DNA from: Octopus vulgaris
Lineage: Eukaryota
Direction: 5' to 3'
Length of the DNA: 64,000 bases
Assembly (NCBI GenBank): GCA_951406725.2
Contig: OX597816.1
Location: 26,536,001 to 26,600,000 of the forward strand
A model generated the notes under the pieces. The model was given only the letters and a program-made list of their open reading frames with translations. It had not been told where the DNA came from and did no database searches. Numbering within the stretch: the first letter of the stretch is position 1; every line of letters begins with the position of its first letter. This document shows, one piece after another, positions 41,069 through 55,215 of this stretch. Position numbers and translations under genes: made by a program.

Positions 41069-41221
41069 TTCAGTTTCCGTCTACCAAATCCACTCACAAA
41101 GCTTTGGTCGGCCCGAGACTAGAGTAGAAGACACTTGCCCAAGGTGCCAAGCAGTGGGACTGAACCCGGAACCAAGTGGTTGGGAGACAAACTTTTTACC
41201 ACACAGCCACTCCTGCACCTA
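40666..41221 (-). mobile_element. SINE B plus a tandem partial SINE B head
   Basis: 40666-41036 and 41068-41221. Confidence 0.85.
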
Positions 41222-41537
41222 TATGTGTGTTAGTATTAATGTGGTAACATCGTAGATTTCGTCTTGGTATATGTTTGGCTGATGAAGGTAAAACAAAATA
41301 TGGGTGAGAGACATATCTTGTAAAACCTGAAACCTGCAGGTACCACATTATCCTTTTCCGGGTGTTTCATCTTTCAGATGTTCTCCCTGGAGGTAAGACG
41401 GATTTTTTTCTCTAATTTGTTGCACACACGCATTTTTGCTAATACATACGCGGTGAAGCTACACATTAGCGTCGTATTTTTACGTTCGCTATTTCCAGTA
41501 AATATCGGTACTTAGTTGTGCCATTTATTTACTAATT

Positions 41538-41611
<74 letters not shown>

Positions 41612-41612
<1 letters not shown>

Positions 41613-42500
41613 GTAGTCTGATCAATAAGTATCCGGACTATTGCTCTAGTAACAAATCTAAAGCACGCATAGTGAAGCCGCTTGGCATAGATTGACCTTA
41701 ATCTCTGCCGTGCATGCGCACTAACTTTTAACTATCTCATTTTCGTTGTCTGCAGCAGTGCTTGGAAGGAACGTGCGTAGCGTGTGGTCGTCGCATTGGA
41801 CATGGCAGAGAAATATTGAGCAGAGAATTTACATCAAATTTTGCCAAAAACTTGGCGATACCTGTTCAGCGGCCTACGCAAAGTTTTCAAAAAGCTTTCA
41901 TCGTTCTCGACACAATCAAGGAGATCTTGTGCAACTGAAACTCGAGTGTCTTTTTGATCAGCTGAAAGCAGCTTTGGCACAAACTTGGCAGACACGCGTT
42001 TTGTACCCAAATCTTCAGCGATAATGAACTGAAATGAACCGTAACTAATCTGTACATCTGATAACACACGGATGGTGATTCGACGATTTCCACTCGCAGC
42101 TGCACGCACATCTGCGATGGTTTTCTAAGTTCTGCTGTTTGAGTCTCCCAGAACGTTCGTCAATATCGGCATTTTTCCGGCCATCTTTGAAACGTCTGAA
42201 CCCCTCTTACGCTTGTGAGCGGCTCATACACCCTTCTCCGTACACTTTCCGCAACTTTGCGTAGGACTCTGAGCAGGTATCACCATGACAACTTCCTCTG
42301 TCATAATCAATGAGACAGCTACACGTTACACACACGTTACTTCCAAGTACTACTGTAAACAGGGGAAGTTAGCTAGAACAGTAAAATTTCGTGCGCATGC
42401 GTAGCAGAGTTCAAAGTCAATCTTTGGGAAGCGGCTTCACTCTGTGTGCTTTAGATTCGTTACTATAGCAACAGTCCGGATACTTATTGATCAGACCACG
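41612..42500. mobile_element. Non-autonomous mariner derivative with about 110-bp inverted ends and an internally inverted transposase fragment
   Basis: CGTAGTCTGATCAATAAGTATCCGGACT / AGTCCGGATACTTATTGATCAGACCACG-TA; + strand EQRIYIKFCQKLGDTCS; - strand NRRITIR..DLGTKRVSAKFVPKLLSADQK. Confidence 0.9.
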
Positions 42501-42645
42501 TATATATACATATATATATATACACACATAAGATTTACAAGCACACTTGTATATGCATATGTATATACGTATATATATATACATGTACACACACACACAT
42601 ACACACACATACACACACATATATACATATATAAAGGCCTGTATG

Positions 42646-42816
42646 CACTGGCGTAGCTAGAGTGCGTGTTGCCCGGGGCGGCCCTTCCGTTTGCAGACCC
42701 TTGACCCTATACAACCCACATATTGCCTACAGCAATAGCCTACAACAAGATGAAAAGTGCCGCCTGGAGTGGACTGCCCCTACTGCCCTCCCCATTCTAT
42801 CCTAGCTACGGTAGTA
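42646..42816. mobile_element. hAT-like MITE
   Basis: TIRs CACTGGCGTAGCTAG / CTAGCTACGGTAGTA; 8-bp TSD CCTGTATG / GCTGTATG. Confidence 0.6.
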
Positions 42817-43119
42817 GCTGTATGTAGGCATGTATATTAGTTTATTTCTACTCTAGATCCAAAGCCCCTTCATTGGACTTTCTACCCCTATAAAGTAGTC
42901 GTGTATGTATGTATGCGTTATACGTGCAAGTATGTGAAAATCTCCATGTTTTGTTTTATGTATGTATATTCAGAAGGATGGATGGACGGACGGGTGGACG
43001 GACGGATGGACGAGCGGATGAACGAATGAAATCAACTGGACCTTAGCAAACAGCATGTTTCTCTGGTATCTAAATGTGTCTTGTGGACACGTTTGTCTGC
43101 TACAGTCTGAAATAAATGT

Positions 43120-43548
43120 TTACTCTTACTCTTTTACTTGTTTTAGTCATTTGACTGCGGCCATGCTGGAGCACCGCCTTTAATCGAGCAACTAGACCCC
43201 GGGACTTATTCTTTGTAAGCCCAGTACTTATTCTATCGGTCTCTTTTGCCGAACCGCTAAGTTACGGGGACATAAACACACCAGCATCGGTTGTCAAGCA
43301 ATGCTAGGGGGACAAACACAAACATACACGCACGCACACATATACATATATATACATATATACGACGGGCTTCTTTCAGTTTCCGTCTACCAAATCCACT
43401 CACAAGGCTTTCGTCGACCCGAGGCTATAGTAGAAGACACTTGCCCAAGGTGCCACGCAGTGGGACTGAACCCGGTACCATGTGGTTGGTAAACAAGCTA
43501 CTTACCACACAGCCACTCCTGCGCCTATTTGTCGGAAATGGTATTACA

Positions 43549-43594
<46 letters not shown>

Positions 43595-43763
43595 CGTGCG
43601 CACGCGTGTCTGGATGTATGTGTGTGTGTGTGCCCACATGGTTCCGGATTCAGTCCCACTGTGTGGCACCCTGGGAAAGTGTCTTCTACTATAGCCCCGG
43701 GCCGACCAAAGCGACGGAGATTGAAAGAAGCCTGTCGTATATATATATATATATATATATATA

Positions 43764-43801
<38 letters not shown>

Positions 43802-44013
43802 CGTGAGTGTGTGTCTGTGTTTGTTCTCCCACCCTCGCTTGACAACCGATGTTGGTGTGTTTTCATCTCCGTAACTCAGCAGTTCGACAAAAGAACTCGA
43901 TAGAATTAGTAGTAGGCTTATAAAAAGTAAGTCCTGGGGTCGATTTGTTCGACTAAAGGCGGTGTTCTAGCATGGCCGCAGTCAAATGATTGAAACAAGT
44001 AAAAGAATAAAAG
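43120..44013. mobile_element. Head-to-head inverted pair of SINE B copies
   Basis: 43120-43527 (-) and 43635-44013 (+). Confidence 0.85.
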
Positions 44014-44024
44014 AACATATATAA

Positions 44025-44109
<85 letters not shown>

Positions 44110-45198
44110 AAGACAGTCAGATAGACAGGAAAATGTGACGAGCACACACACACGCACATGGATGTATATATAATATAATTACTGAGTTTGAATATTCATG
44201 AAGGTATATATATTTATACATACTCACGCAGACACATATATATGCACAAATGCATATGTATTACACATTTTATATATATACATTTATATATAATATATAT
44301 AACACGCTATGCATATATGTGTGTATGTATGTATATATGTATGCGTGTATATGCGTGTGTATATGTATGCATGCGTGTAGTTTTTGCGAATATTTGTAGT
44401 GTATTTATAAAGACAGACTGTCGGACTGACAGACAGACAGAGAGAAGAGCCGAGTGAGGGTGGGAGAAAGAGGGAAATACCTAAGACAGTATTGGAGGAG
44501 GAGGAGGTGTATTAGGAGCAGGCGATACAATTTGGTTACAGATAGAAGTAGGGGGGGAAATACTCATCGAGAAAGAATTAGAGTAATGGGCGGAGGAGGA
44601 AAAGAACGTGCAACTATTTGCAGCGTAATTGTAAGATAACAATAAGGAAGGTGGGGTAATATAGGCGTGGAATTACATATAAGAATATATACATATATTT
44701 GTATTAAATATATTTATATCATATATAAAGGGTCACGTTACACAGTTGGGCGGGGATTTTAGCTATCGCGTGTATGAGGAAAAGAAGAATGCAGCTGGTA
44801 GTGGGCGTGTAGTTTAGCTGAATTGGAGGAGTGGTATGAGAAGAGGAGGAGTGAGTTGGAGATAAAGAAACAGAGAACAGAAGAGACAGGGAGAGAAAGC
44901 GCGGGAAAGATAGGGAGGAACTAGAGAAGTGCATTAAAGAGAAAAGGTAAAAATACAAATAGAGAGAGAAAAGGAGTTATTTGATATGCGAAAACGAGAG
45001 AGTGTGTATGTGTGAGAGAAATAAAGAAATAGTGTATGTGTGAGAGAAAGAGAGAGAGAATGTTTGTAGGTGGAAAAAGGAAAGATAGTGTATGTGTTAG
45101 AGAGAGAGAGAGAAAAGAAGAGAAATGAAGACGTATAGAAAGGTATAACACTCGCGAAAGTAACAACTGATAATCGCGGTTGTTAATATGCCGATGGT

Positions 45199-45895
45199 CA
45201 AGGCGGCGAGCTGGCAGAAACGTTAGCACGCCGGGCGAAATGCTTAGCAAGTATTTCGGCTGCCGTTACGTTCTGAGTTCAAATTCCGTCGAGGTCGACT
45301 TTGCCTTTCATATTTTCGAGGTCGATAAATTAAGTAACAGTTACGCACTGGTGTCGATGTAATCGACTTAATCCGTTTGTCTGTCCTTGTTTGTCCCCTC
45401 TATGTGTAGCCCCTTGTGGGCAACAAAGAAATAAGAAACGTTAGTACGCCGAGTGAAATGCTTAGCAGTAGTTCGAATGTCTTTACGTTCTGAGTTCAAA
45501 TTCCGCCGAGGTCGACTTTGCCTTTCATCCTTTCGGAGTCGTTCAATTAAGTTTGCGTACTGGGGTCAACCTAATCGACTGGCCCGCTCCCCAAAAATTT
45601 CGGGCCTTGAGCCTAGAGTAGAAAAGAAAATAAGGCTGATAATCACGGTTGTTAATATGTCGATGGTCAAGGCGGCGAGCTGGCAGAAACGTTAGCATGC
45701 TGGGCGAAATGCTTAGCGGTATTTCGTCTGTCTTTACGTTCTGATTTCAAATACCGCCGAGGTCGACTTCGCCTTTCATTCTTTCGAGGTCGTTAAATTA
45801 AGTACCAGTTGCGTACTGGAGTCGAGCTAATCGACTGCACCCACCCCACCCGTCCTCCACAAAAATTTCGGCCCTTGTGCCTAGAGTAGAAAAGA
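45199..45895 (+). mobile_element. Tandem SINE A array (dimer + monomer)
   Basis: Flank CTGATAATC(G/A)CGGTTGTTAATATG(C/T)CGATGGTC precedes both inserts; ATGTCGATGGTC follows the last. Confidence 0.85.
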
Positions 45896-46191
45896 ATGTC
45901 GATGGTCGTTTCGGAGTGTGTGGCACCGTTAGATGATTTTATATATCTTTTATCTTTTACTTGTTTCAGTCATTATACCGTGGCCATGCTGGGGAACTGC
46001 CTTGAAGAATTTTTAATCGAATAATTCGACCCAGGATTTTTTTGTTTTTTTTTTGTAAGCCTGGTACTTATTTTTTAGCCTGGTTCTTTTGCCGAACTGC
46101 TAAGTTACGAGGACGAAAACACACCAGCACCGGTTGTCGAGCGATGGTGGAGGGACAAACAAAGGCACGCACACATGTATGTATGTACGTG

Positions 46192-46237
<46 letters not shown>

Positions 46238-46547
46238 CACACACACACAGACACACACACACACACATGTATATATATATTAGGTTTAGAGATGATGTAC
46301 AGGTATTATATATTAGAAGAAATGAGGTACTCTGAAATCTGGATGGTTTTATATTTACAGATATTTATTAATGTGTCACATTTTTTTATAAATCATATAT
46401 TAGCGCTAGCGTCCACTCTAGTGGAGTCGTCAGATTGAACTTTTTCAGGAATTTTGTCTCTTTATAGTATCATGGAGTGTGTATGGGTGGAGAGAGATAT
46501 AAGATAGTACAAGAGGGTGAGGAATGGGGAGAAAGTGAGAGAGTGTG

Positions 46548-46620
<73 letters not shown>

Positions 46621-46649
46621 ATGTATGCACGTATATATATGCATATATA

Positions 46650-46717
<68 letters not shown>

Positions 46718-47189
46718 CTAGCTGAAGTACCGGGTAATACTTGGGAGCGGGGATATTCCCAGTACCCATTATAATACTTGATTTCTATCAGACGAAAAAT
46801 GAAATCAAGACACAGGACAGATAATAGAAGGCGTAAGCAAATTTATTCACGAAACAAAAAAAGAAATAAATACGTGTGGAATCGGAAAATGACAATTGCT
46901 TGATCAGATGAGTGGAAAGCTGCAAATATGTAATCAATGGAAACATCAAGAAGGGAATTGTAAAGGAGTGCTATGAAAAAAAAATAACATCAAAGTTTGA
47001 AAAATAAACAAAAATTTATTTAGAGAAAAGAGATTTTATACTGGAGTGCAGAGGTGACAATGTGGCGGTCATAAGAGTCGAAAATGCTATGAGGAGGGGA
47101 AAAAGCATACAAAAATGACGATCATTTTGGGGCAAATTCTCTTGCAACTCGATAGAAAATTTTAAATGAACATGCACTTGATTTGACGA

Positions 47190-47775
47190 CTGAACACGGA
47201 TTTCAAAATTTTGGCCAAGGCGTTAGCAAAAAGGTTGGCGCTTGTCGGGGGAACTGATTGGTGATGCGCAAACAGACGCAATCCCAAGCAGATCCATCCA
47301 CGACAACCTCCATCTCATGCAATACATCATAGACAGGGTGGGTAAGGAACCTGGCATGGGTGGGGCACTGATCAATTTGATAGGGTCGACTACCAATACT
47401 TGGCAGCCGTTCTCACGGTGGCCGGTTTCGGTCTCTTTTTCCTTGGCTGGATTGCTGCAATGTATAGCAACATTTGCTCTGTAGTTCAGGTGAATGATTA
47501 CCAATCGGAACTCTTCAGCATCATGAATTTTCGGTCAAGGGTGTCTGCTCTTGTCTATTCTGTATGTACTGACTCTGGAGCCACTACTGCGGGAATTGGA
47601 AGCGTTGAGGGGCATCCCGCGCGAGCAAGGACGTGGGAGAACCGCGTCCTCATGCGCAGACGACGTCACCGTCGTGGTGTCGAATTCCAGGCACATAGAC
47701 CTGATCGGTACTGCTCTAAAATAATACGTGACGGTGGTAAGAGCAAAAATTAACAGAGAAAAGTTGGTGGGACCG
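47190..47775 (+). pseudogene. L1/Tx1-clade RT fragment
   Basis: LNTDFKILAKALAKRL..Q..IPSRSIHDNL..GWIAAMY..QGC..LYVLTLEPLL..ADDVTV..AKINREK, with frameshifts. Confidence 0.85.
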
Positions 47776-48023
47776 CAGCTAACTGGCAGAATAATCGTTA
47801 GCGGCATTTCGTCCGCTTTCACGTTCTGAGTGCAAGTTCCGCCGAGGTCGACTTTGCCTTTCATCCTTTCGGGGGCGATGAAATACATACCAGTTGCGTA
47901 CTGAGGTCAATATAATCGACTAGCCCTTTCCTCCCAAAAATATCAGGCCTGGTGCCTTTAGTAGAAAGGATTATTATTATTATTATTATTATGATTATTA
48001 TTATTATTATTATTATTATTATT

Positions 48024-48584
48024 GAGTGAGAGAGCAGTTCATGCCATCAAAGTGACACTGGGGTAAAATATACGAAGCCCAATATACCCATCATGACTAC
48101 CCGTCTGATAAGGGTACACCAGGCACATGCATCACAACCACATGTGCGCGACATGGTGATCTCATATCAAGATAAACAGCACATGACCTTGCAGGTGGAG
48201 CCCAGTTAGAATTTTCTTCAGGTTGAGTAGCCCATCCCGCTCAAAAGGTCCCTGAATAAGGGTTGTTTAAGGATGTTGAATGAAACACCCATGTTTCCAG
48301 AGGTGAATTATTCAAACCCCAAAAATCCCTCTCAACACATGGCTATGATGCTCCCCCACTACTTCTGCTCGTGATCAGAGATGCACATATCGTCAGCCAC
48401 TAAGGGACATGCTCAACTGGTTACGGTCAAACAACTGACAAGCAAATCTGAGGTATCGAGCAGAATATTTGCAGTAGCCCATCTTTCATACCAAGACAAA
48501 ACAATGTACATGATAACACTTCCAATCAGTTAAGAAGTTAAGATCAGAAGCCATGAGAGCCACTGCCTGGTACTGCATCAGGGC

Positions 48585-48585
<1 letters not shown>
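48024..48585. mobile_element. 560-bp non-coding insert bounded by (ATT)n on both sides; probably the 3' UTR of a TAA-targeting LINE
   Basis: Sharp boundaries in (ATT)n; higher GC than surroundings; SINE A copies at 47778-47970 and 48637-48850. Confidence 0.5.
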
Positions 48586-48629
<44 letters not shown>

Positions 48630-48882
48630 GAGTATAGCAGCAAGCTGGCAGAATCGTAAACACGCGCCGGATCGAGTGCTTAGCAGCAATTCGTCCGTCT
48701 TTACGTTCTGAGTTCAAATTCCGCCGAAGTTGACTTTGCCTTTTATCCCTTCTGGGTCGATAAATGAAGTACCAGTTGCGTACTGGGGACGATGCAATCG
48801 ACTGGCTCCCTCCCCCAAAATTTAAGGCCTTGTGCCTATAGTAGAAAGGGTTATTATTGTTAAGAGTTTCAGCAGCAGCAAC

Positions 48883-48920
<38 letters not shown>

Positions 48921-49809
48921 AAGTAGTAGTAGTAGTAGTAGTTGCTGTTATTGTAGTGACAGGAATCCGGTAACACTTTTTCACCCATCAACTAAGACCG
49001 CTTAAGCAATCAACTAAAATCTAATGCCAATTGCCAATTAACTAAAATGTTTGCTCTCTGAGACACAAAAAAAAATAATTATCTTTTTTTTTTATTCATT
49101 AGCATGTGTACGATTTTGTGTGTGTGTTGTGTGCGTGTGTGCGTGTGCGCATGTGCGCGTGTATATACGTGTGTATATACGTGTGTATACGTATGTATGT
49201 GTGTCTGTAATTTACTCACTTGCTATTCTCTTCATTTCTTTTCTGTTCGTTCCAATAAAACATACACACAAACACACGTACACACGTTCAAACACACACA
49301 CAAACACACACACACACACGCAAACACACACACACACGCATAAATACATAGAGAAAAAGTAAAGTCATGCATTTAAAATATGTATGCATGTGTATATGTA
49401 TGTGTATGTATGTATGTATGTATGTATGTATGCATTTATGTTTGTGTGTATTTATGTGTGTGTGTGTATGTGTATGAAAGAATGAGTGTATTATGTTAGT
49501 ACGTATGTACGTATGTGTGTATGTATGCATGTGCGTGTATGCATGTGTGCATGTATGTATGTATTATGTATGCGTGTGTATGTATGCATGAATGCATCTA
49601 TGTATGCATGTATGTATGCATGCATGCATGCATCTATGTATGCATGCATGCATCTATGTATGCATGCATGCATCTATGTATGCATGTATGTATGTATATG
49701 TATGTCAGCGTGTGTGTATGTATGTATGCATGTATGTATGTATGCATGTATGTATGCATGTATGTATATCTGTATCCAGGATTGTATGTATATGTGTGTA
49801 TGTATATAT

Positions 49810-51630
49810 ATTTCTTTATTACCCACAAGAGGCTAAACATAGAGGGGACAAACAAGGACAAAGTATTAAGTCGATTAAATCGACCCCAGTGCGTAACTGA
49901 TACTTAATTTATCGACCCCGAAAGGATGAAAGGCAAAGTCGACCTCGGCGGAATTTGAACTCAGAACGTAACGGCAGACGAAATACGGCTACGCATTTCG
50001 CCCGGCCTGCTAACGTTTCTGCCAGCTCGCCGCCTTATGCATATATGTATGTATGCATGCATGTATTTATGTATGTGTATGTATATATGTATGCATGTAT
50101 ATATGTATGCATGTGTGTTTGAACGTATATATGCGCGCGCGTGTGTGTATAACGGGCTTCTTTCAGTTTCCATCAACCAAATATACTCACAAGGCTTTGG
50201 TAGGCCCGGTACAACGAAGAAGACATTTGCCCAAGGTGCCACGCAGTGGAACTAAACCAGGAACCATATGGTTCTTTCCACCTAAATTAGTGAAAAATGA
50301 AACATATATACTGAACTGATAAGAAATCATCTGTTGTTACATCCGGGTGGTGGTTTTAGATTTCTTATTTCTTTATTGCCCACATGGGGCTAAACATAGA
50401 GGGGACAAACAAGGACAGACAAAGGGATTAAGTCGATTACATCGACCCCAGTGTGTAACTGGTACTTAATTTATCGACCCCCGAAAGGATGAAAGGCAAA
50501 GTCGACCTCTGCGGAATTTGAACTCAGAACGTAAAGACGGGTGAAATACCTATTTCTTTACTACCCACAAGGGGCTAAACACAGAGGGGACAAACAAGGA
50601 CAGACAAAGGGATGAAGTCGATTATATCGAACTCAATGCGTAACTAGTACTTATTTAATCGACCCCGAGAGGATGGAAGGCATAAACAGACCAACATCGG
50701 TTGCCAAGCGGTGATAGGAAACAAACACAATCACAGAGACACATGCACATAGATATATGCACACACAAACACATACACACACACACACATATACGACTGG
50801 CTTTTCTCAGTTTCCTATCTTCTTTACTACCCTTCTTTCAAGCTGAACCGCTAAGACACAGAGGGGACAAACAAGGACAGACCAACATCGGTTGCCAAGC
50901 GGTGATTAGGAAACGAAACCCCAGTTTGCACACTAGATACTTAATTTATCGACCCCGAAAGGATGACACAGGCACACACACACACACACATTTGAACTCA
51001 GAACGTAAAGAGGGGCTTTTCTGTTTCCTATTTCTTTATTACCCACAAGAGGGTAAACACAGAGAGGACAAACAAGGACAGACAAACGGATTAAGTCTAT
51101 TAAATGAAATCCCCCTTCTGCATTATTGATACGGGGGCATAAACAGACCAACATCGGTTGCCAAGCTGTGATAGGAAACAAACACAATCACAGAGACACA
51201 TGCACATAGATATTTGCATACACACACTCACACACATACATATACGACTGGCTTTTCTCAGTTTCTTATTTCTTTATTGCCCACAAGGGGTTACACATAG
51301 AGGGGACAAACAAGGACAGACAAAGGGATTAAGTCGATTACATCGACCCCAATGCGTAACTGGTACTTAATTTATCGACCCCGAAAGGATGAAAGGCAAA
51401 GTCGACCTCGGCGGAATTTGAACTCAAAACGTAACGGCAGACGAAATACCGCCAAGTATTTCGCCCGGCGCGCTAACGTTTCTGCCAGCTCGCCGGCTTT
51501 TCTCAGTTTCCGCCAACCAAGTCCAATCACAAGGCTTTGGTAGCCCCGAGGTTATAGAAGATACCACGCAGAGACTGAACCTGAAACCATGTACTTAGGA
51601 AGCAAGCTTCTTACCACACAGTCGCGTCTG
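49810..51630 (-). mobile_element. Cluster and mosaic of SINE A and SINE B pieces
   Basis: SINE A at 49810-50036, 50360-50680 and 51262-51495; duplicated SINE B-like pieces at 50680-50815 and 51136-51265. Confidence 0.75.
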
Positions 51631-51896
51631 TACCCAAATTAGTGAAAAATGAAACATCTATTACTGAACTGATAAGAAATCTGCCGTTACATCCGGGTTA
51701 TAGTTTCAGATTTCTGCTGATAATTATTATAGCACGTGGCTATGTGAGACACTGCCTCGATACTAATCTTGAGAAGTTGGATTCCACAAACAAGAAAGAA
51801 CACATCTTTTCAAAAGATTACGACTACAAGCAGTCAAAGGCACTGTTAGAATATGCAAAATGTTCGTGAAGTTCAACAGCTAACAGTATCCAAATA

Positions 51897-52579
51897 CGTG
51901 GTTTGATCAATAAGTATCCGGACTTATTATTGCCATAGTAACGACGCTAAAGTACGCAGAGTAAAGCCGCTTGACATAGATTTAACTTAAACTCGGCTGT
52001 GCATGCGCACAAAGTTTTAACGCTCTAGCTCACTTCCGCTGTTTGCCGCAGTGCTTGGAAGGAACGTGTGTAGCGTGTAATCGTTGCATTGAACAAGACA
52101 GAGAAAGTTGAGTAGAGAATTTGCATCAAATTTTGCCAAAAGCTTGGCGATACCTGCTCCGAAGCCTACACTAAATTTTCAAAAAGTTTTTATCGTTCTC
52201 GGCACTATCAAGAACATTTTATGCAACTGAAACCCGAGTGTCTCTTTGGTCAGCTGAAAGCAGTTTTGACACAAATTTGGTAGACATGCGTCTCATATCC
52301 AAATTTTCAGTGATAATGGATTGAACTGAACCACAACTAATCTGCACAGCCTCTGATTACTCACGGATGGTGATTCGACGATTTCCCCTCAGAGCTGCAC
52401 GCATATCTGCGATGTTTTTCTCAGTTCTGCTGGTTGTGGGTCTCCCAGTACGTTCGTCACTATCGACATGTTTTCGGCCATTTTGGTAATGTCTGAACCA
52501 CTCGTACGCTTGTGTGCGATCCATACACTCCTCTCCATACACTTTCTGCAACTTTGCGTAGGTTTCTGGGCAGGTATCG
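51897..52579. mobile_element. Second, right-truncated copy of the inverted mariner derivative
   Basis: TA-CGTGGTTTGATCAATAAGTATCCGGACT; - strand QKVYGEECMDRTQAYEWFRHYQNGRKHVDSDERTGRP; same inversion junction as the 41.6-kb copy. Confidence 0.9.
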
Positions 52580-52871
52580 CAGTGTCCTAGCTACAACATG
52601 ATGGCATTTTCAGACAACTGCTTATGATGTTGGTGATGTCTTCATGTATGTATGTATGTATGTATGTATGTATGTATGTATGTATGTATGTATGTATGTA
52701 TGTATGTATGTATGTATGTATGTATGTGTGTATGTATGTGTATGTATGTGTGTGTGTATGTATCTATCTGCCTACCTGTCTGTTTATCTATCTATCTATT
52801 TATCTATCCACCTCTCTATCTGTCTATCTATTTATCTATCTATCAAGCCTCATAAACATATGCGTACATAT

Positions 52872-53260
52872 GTGGAGGCGCAATGGCCCAGTGGTTAGGG
52901 CAGCGGACTCGCGGTCGTAGGATCGCGGTTTCGATTCACAGACCGGGCGTTGTGAGTGTTTATTGAGCGAAAACACCTAAAGCTCCACGAGGCTCCGGCA
53001 GGGGATGGTGGTGATCCCTGCTGTACTCTTTCACCACAACTTTCTCTCACTCTTACTTCCTGTTTCTGTTGTACCTGTATTTCAAAGGGCCGGCCTTGTC
53101 ACTCTCTGTGTCACGCTGAATATCCCCGAGAACTACGTTAAGGGCACACATTTCTGTGGAGTGCTCAGCCACTTACACGTTAATTTCACGAGCAAGCTGT
53201 TCCGTTGTTTCGGATCAACCGGAACCCTCGTCGTCGTAACCGACGGAGTGCTAAGAGAAG
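52872..53260 (+). mobile_element. SINE family C, tail 2
   Basis: TSD ATGCGTACATAT at 52860-52871 and 53261-53272. Confidence 0.9.
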
Positions 53261-55215
53261 ATGCGTACATATAGACTTAGATACATACATATACATTCAT
53301 AGATACTCACACATACTCACACACACACACACATATATATATGTTAAAATATACGCATATACGTGCATAGTATACAGTAACATAAATGTGAACAAATAGC
53401 TGCAAAACATCATATAATTTATGACATGTAAAGAAGAGAGTATACAAATATGTAACTTTAGCACGAAACAAAGATGCTACGAAGTGTGAAAGTTCATAGT
53501 GATTTCTGAGGTCGACTTTGCCTTTCATCCTTTCGGGGTCGATAAATTAAGTACCAGTTACGCACTGGGGACGATGTAGTCGACTTAATAGCTATATCTG
53601 TCCTTGTTTGTCCCCCCTATGTTTAGCCCCTTGTGGGCAATAAAGAAATAGGTACAAATCCAGGCGATACAGGCATTAATATCACAGTCTTTTTGGGGTG
53701 CACCTAAATATTTAGGAGTGCATCATATAAATCTGGCAACCAAAGGGGTGGAAAGTACATGAATATATGTATACGTATAGGAAGACTGTATGTGTGTGTG
53801 TGTCTGTGTGTGTCTGTGTGTGTGTGCGCGTGCGCGCGTGCGTGTGTGTGTGTGTGCGTGTGTATATATATGTATATATTTATATAGGTATGTGTGTGTT
53901 TGCGTATGTGCGAGCACATGTATATGTGTTTGCGTGTGTATATATTTGTATATGTGTATCTTTTATTTTTACTTTTTTCAGTTATTAGACTCCGGCCATG
54001 CTGGGGCACCGCCTTGAAGTTTTTAGTCGAATGTATCGAATCCATTATATTTCGAAGCCTCGTACTTATTCAATCGGTCTCTTTGTTCAAGCAGCTAGGT
54101 TACGGGGACGTAAACACCCCAGCACCAGTTATCAAGCAGTGACTGGGGGGAGGGGGCCAACACAGACACAAAGACACCCTCCTCCATATATATGAGGCTG
54201 AGGTGGTGACCGGCACTGGCAGAAAAAGCAGCATCGTGGGTAGCAACGGCAGCAACACCACATCCGCCGATAACAATAGCAACGATGACAGCAATGGCAG
54301 CGGCAATGGCAGCGGCAATGGCAGCGGCAATGGCAGCGGCAATGGCGGAAGTAACGCGTCAAGCAGCAGAGGAAGCAATACCAACAGCTACAACAGAAAC
54401 AACAACACCAGCAATGCAAACGGCAATGGCAGCTACACCAGCCGTAACTGCAACACCAAGTTCGCATCCAGGAATAGCAGCAATGACAGCAATAACATCT
54501 GCGCCAACATGAACAATGGTGACAGCGCCTGCATCGAACTCAGTGGTGACAGTAACAGAGTTGACCGAAGCAACAACAACGGCTATAACACACCCAGAGC
54601 ACAGACGCGGAAATATGTCGCTTGCTCGGGTGGCCCCTTTAAACAACGTCAGAGCAACCTTTTGGGATACCGAAGAGGCACATCACGTCCCTGGGCAACC
54701 ACGTAGTGCATCTAAAAGAGGAGGGCACGTTATACATAAATAAATGGAGACTCCTCAGACAACCGGGGACATATATCAACGGGGCAAACGATGTAAGCTT
54801 TGCTCGGCCGAGACAGTAAGAATCGTAAAAAACTCGCTTGATCCGGGGACCTGTTTAAACTCCAAAACAAAAAGAGTTTAGGCAATGTCCTCATTAAACA
54901 CGTTTCCTGTAACAAGCTTGGAATTCCCCATTCGCCGAATAAGAACGCGCCACCAGCTTCGTAAACCGTCATGGTGAGCACTTATGTAAGTGAAATAACC
55001 CTGTCCGCCTGATAACCTATCTTGCACGGTTCGTTCCGAATATATTTTTTGTTTACAAAACCAACTAACCATGATGTTTTCCTCCTTCCGAGTGTAGAGA
55101 GGTTATATGCCTCCGGCCATTTGAGTCTGTAAGGTAACCAATACAGCTAAGCGCTTTATAGGTGCGAAACCAATGGTCATTTTCTGACTGGCCATAACAA
55201 ACAACCTTCTAAATA

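Noticed and set aside
44400-45170. Purine-rich tract with a GGGCGGGG box (promoter-like)
   Set aside because: No linked exon or transcript evidence
46400-46440. Minus-strand CUGACGA + UCCAC/GUGGA hairpin
   Set aside because: GAAA core is missing; at best a deleted relic
52873-52950. tRNA-like sequence
   Set aside because: SINE head that continues into a SINE body with a TSD; no proper acceptor stem
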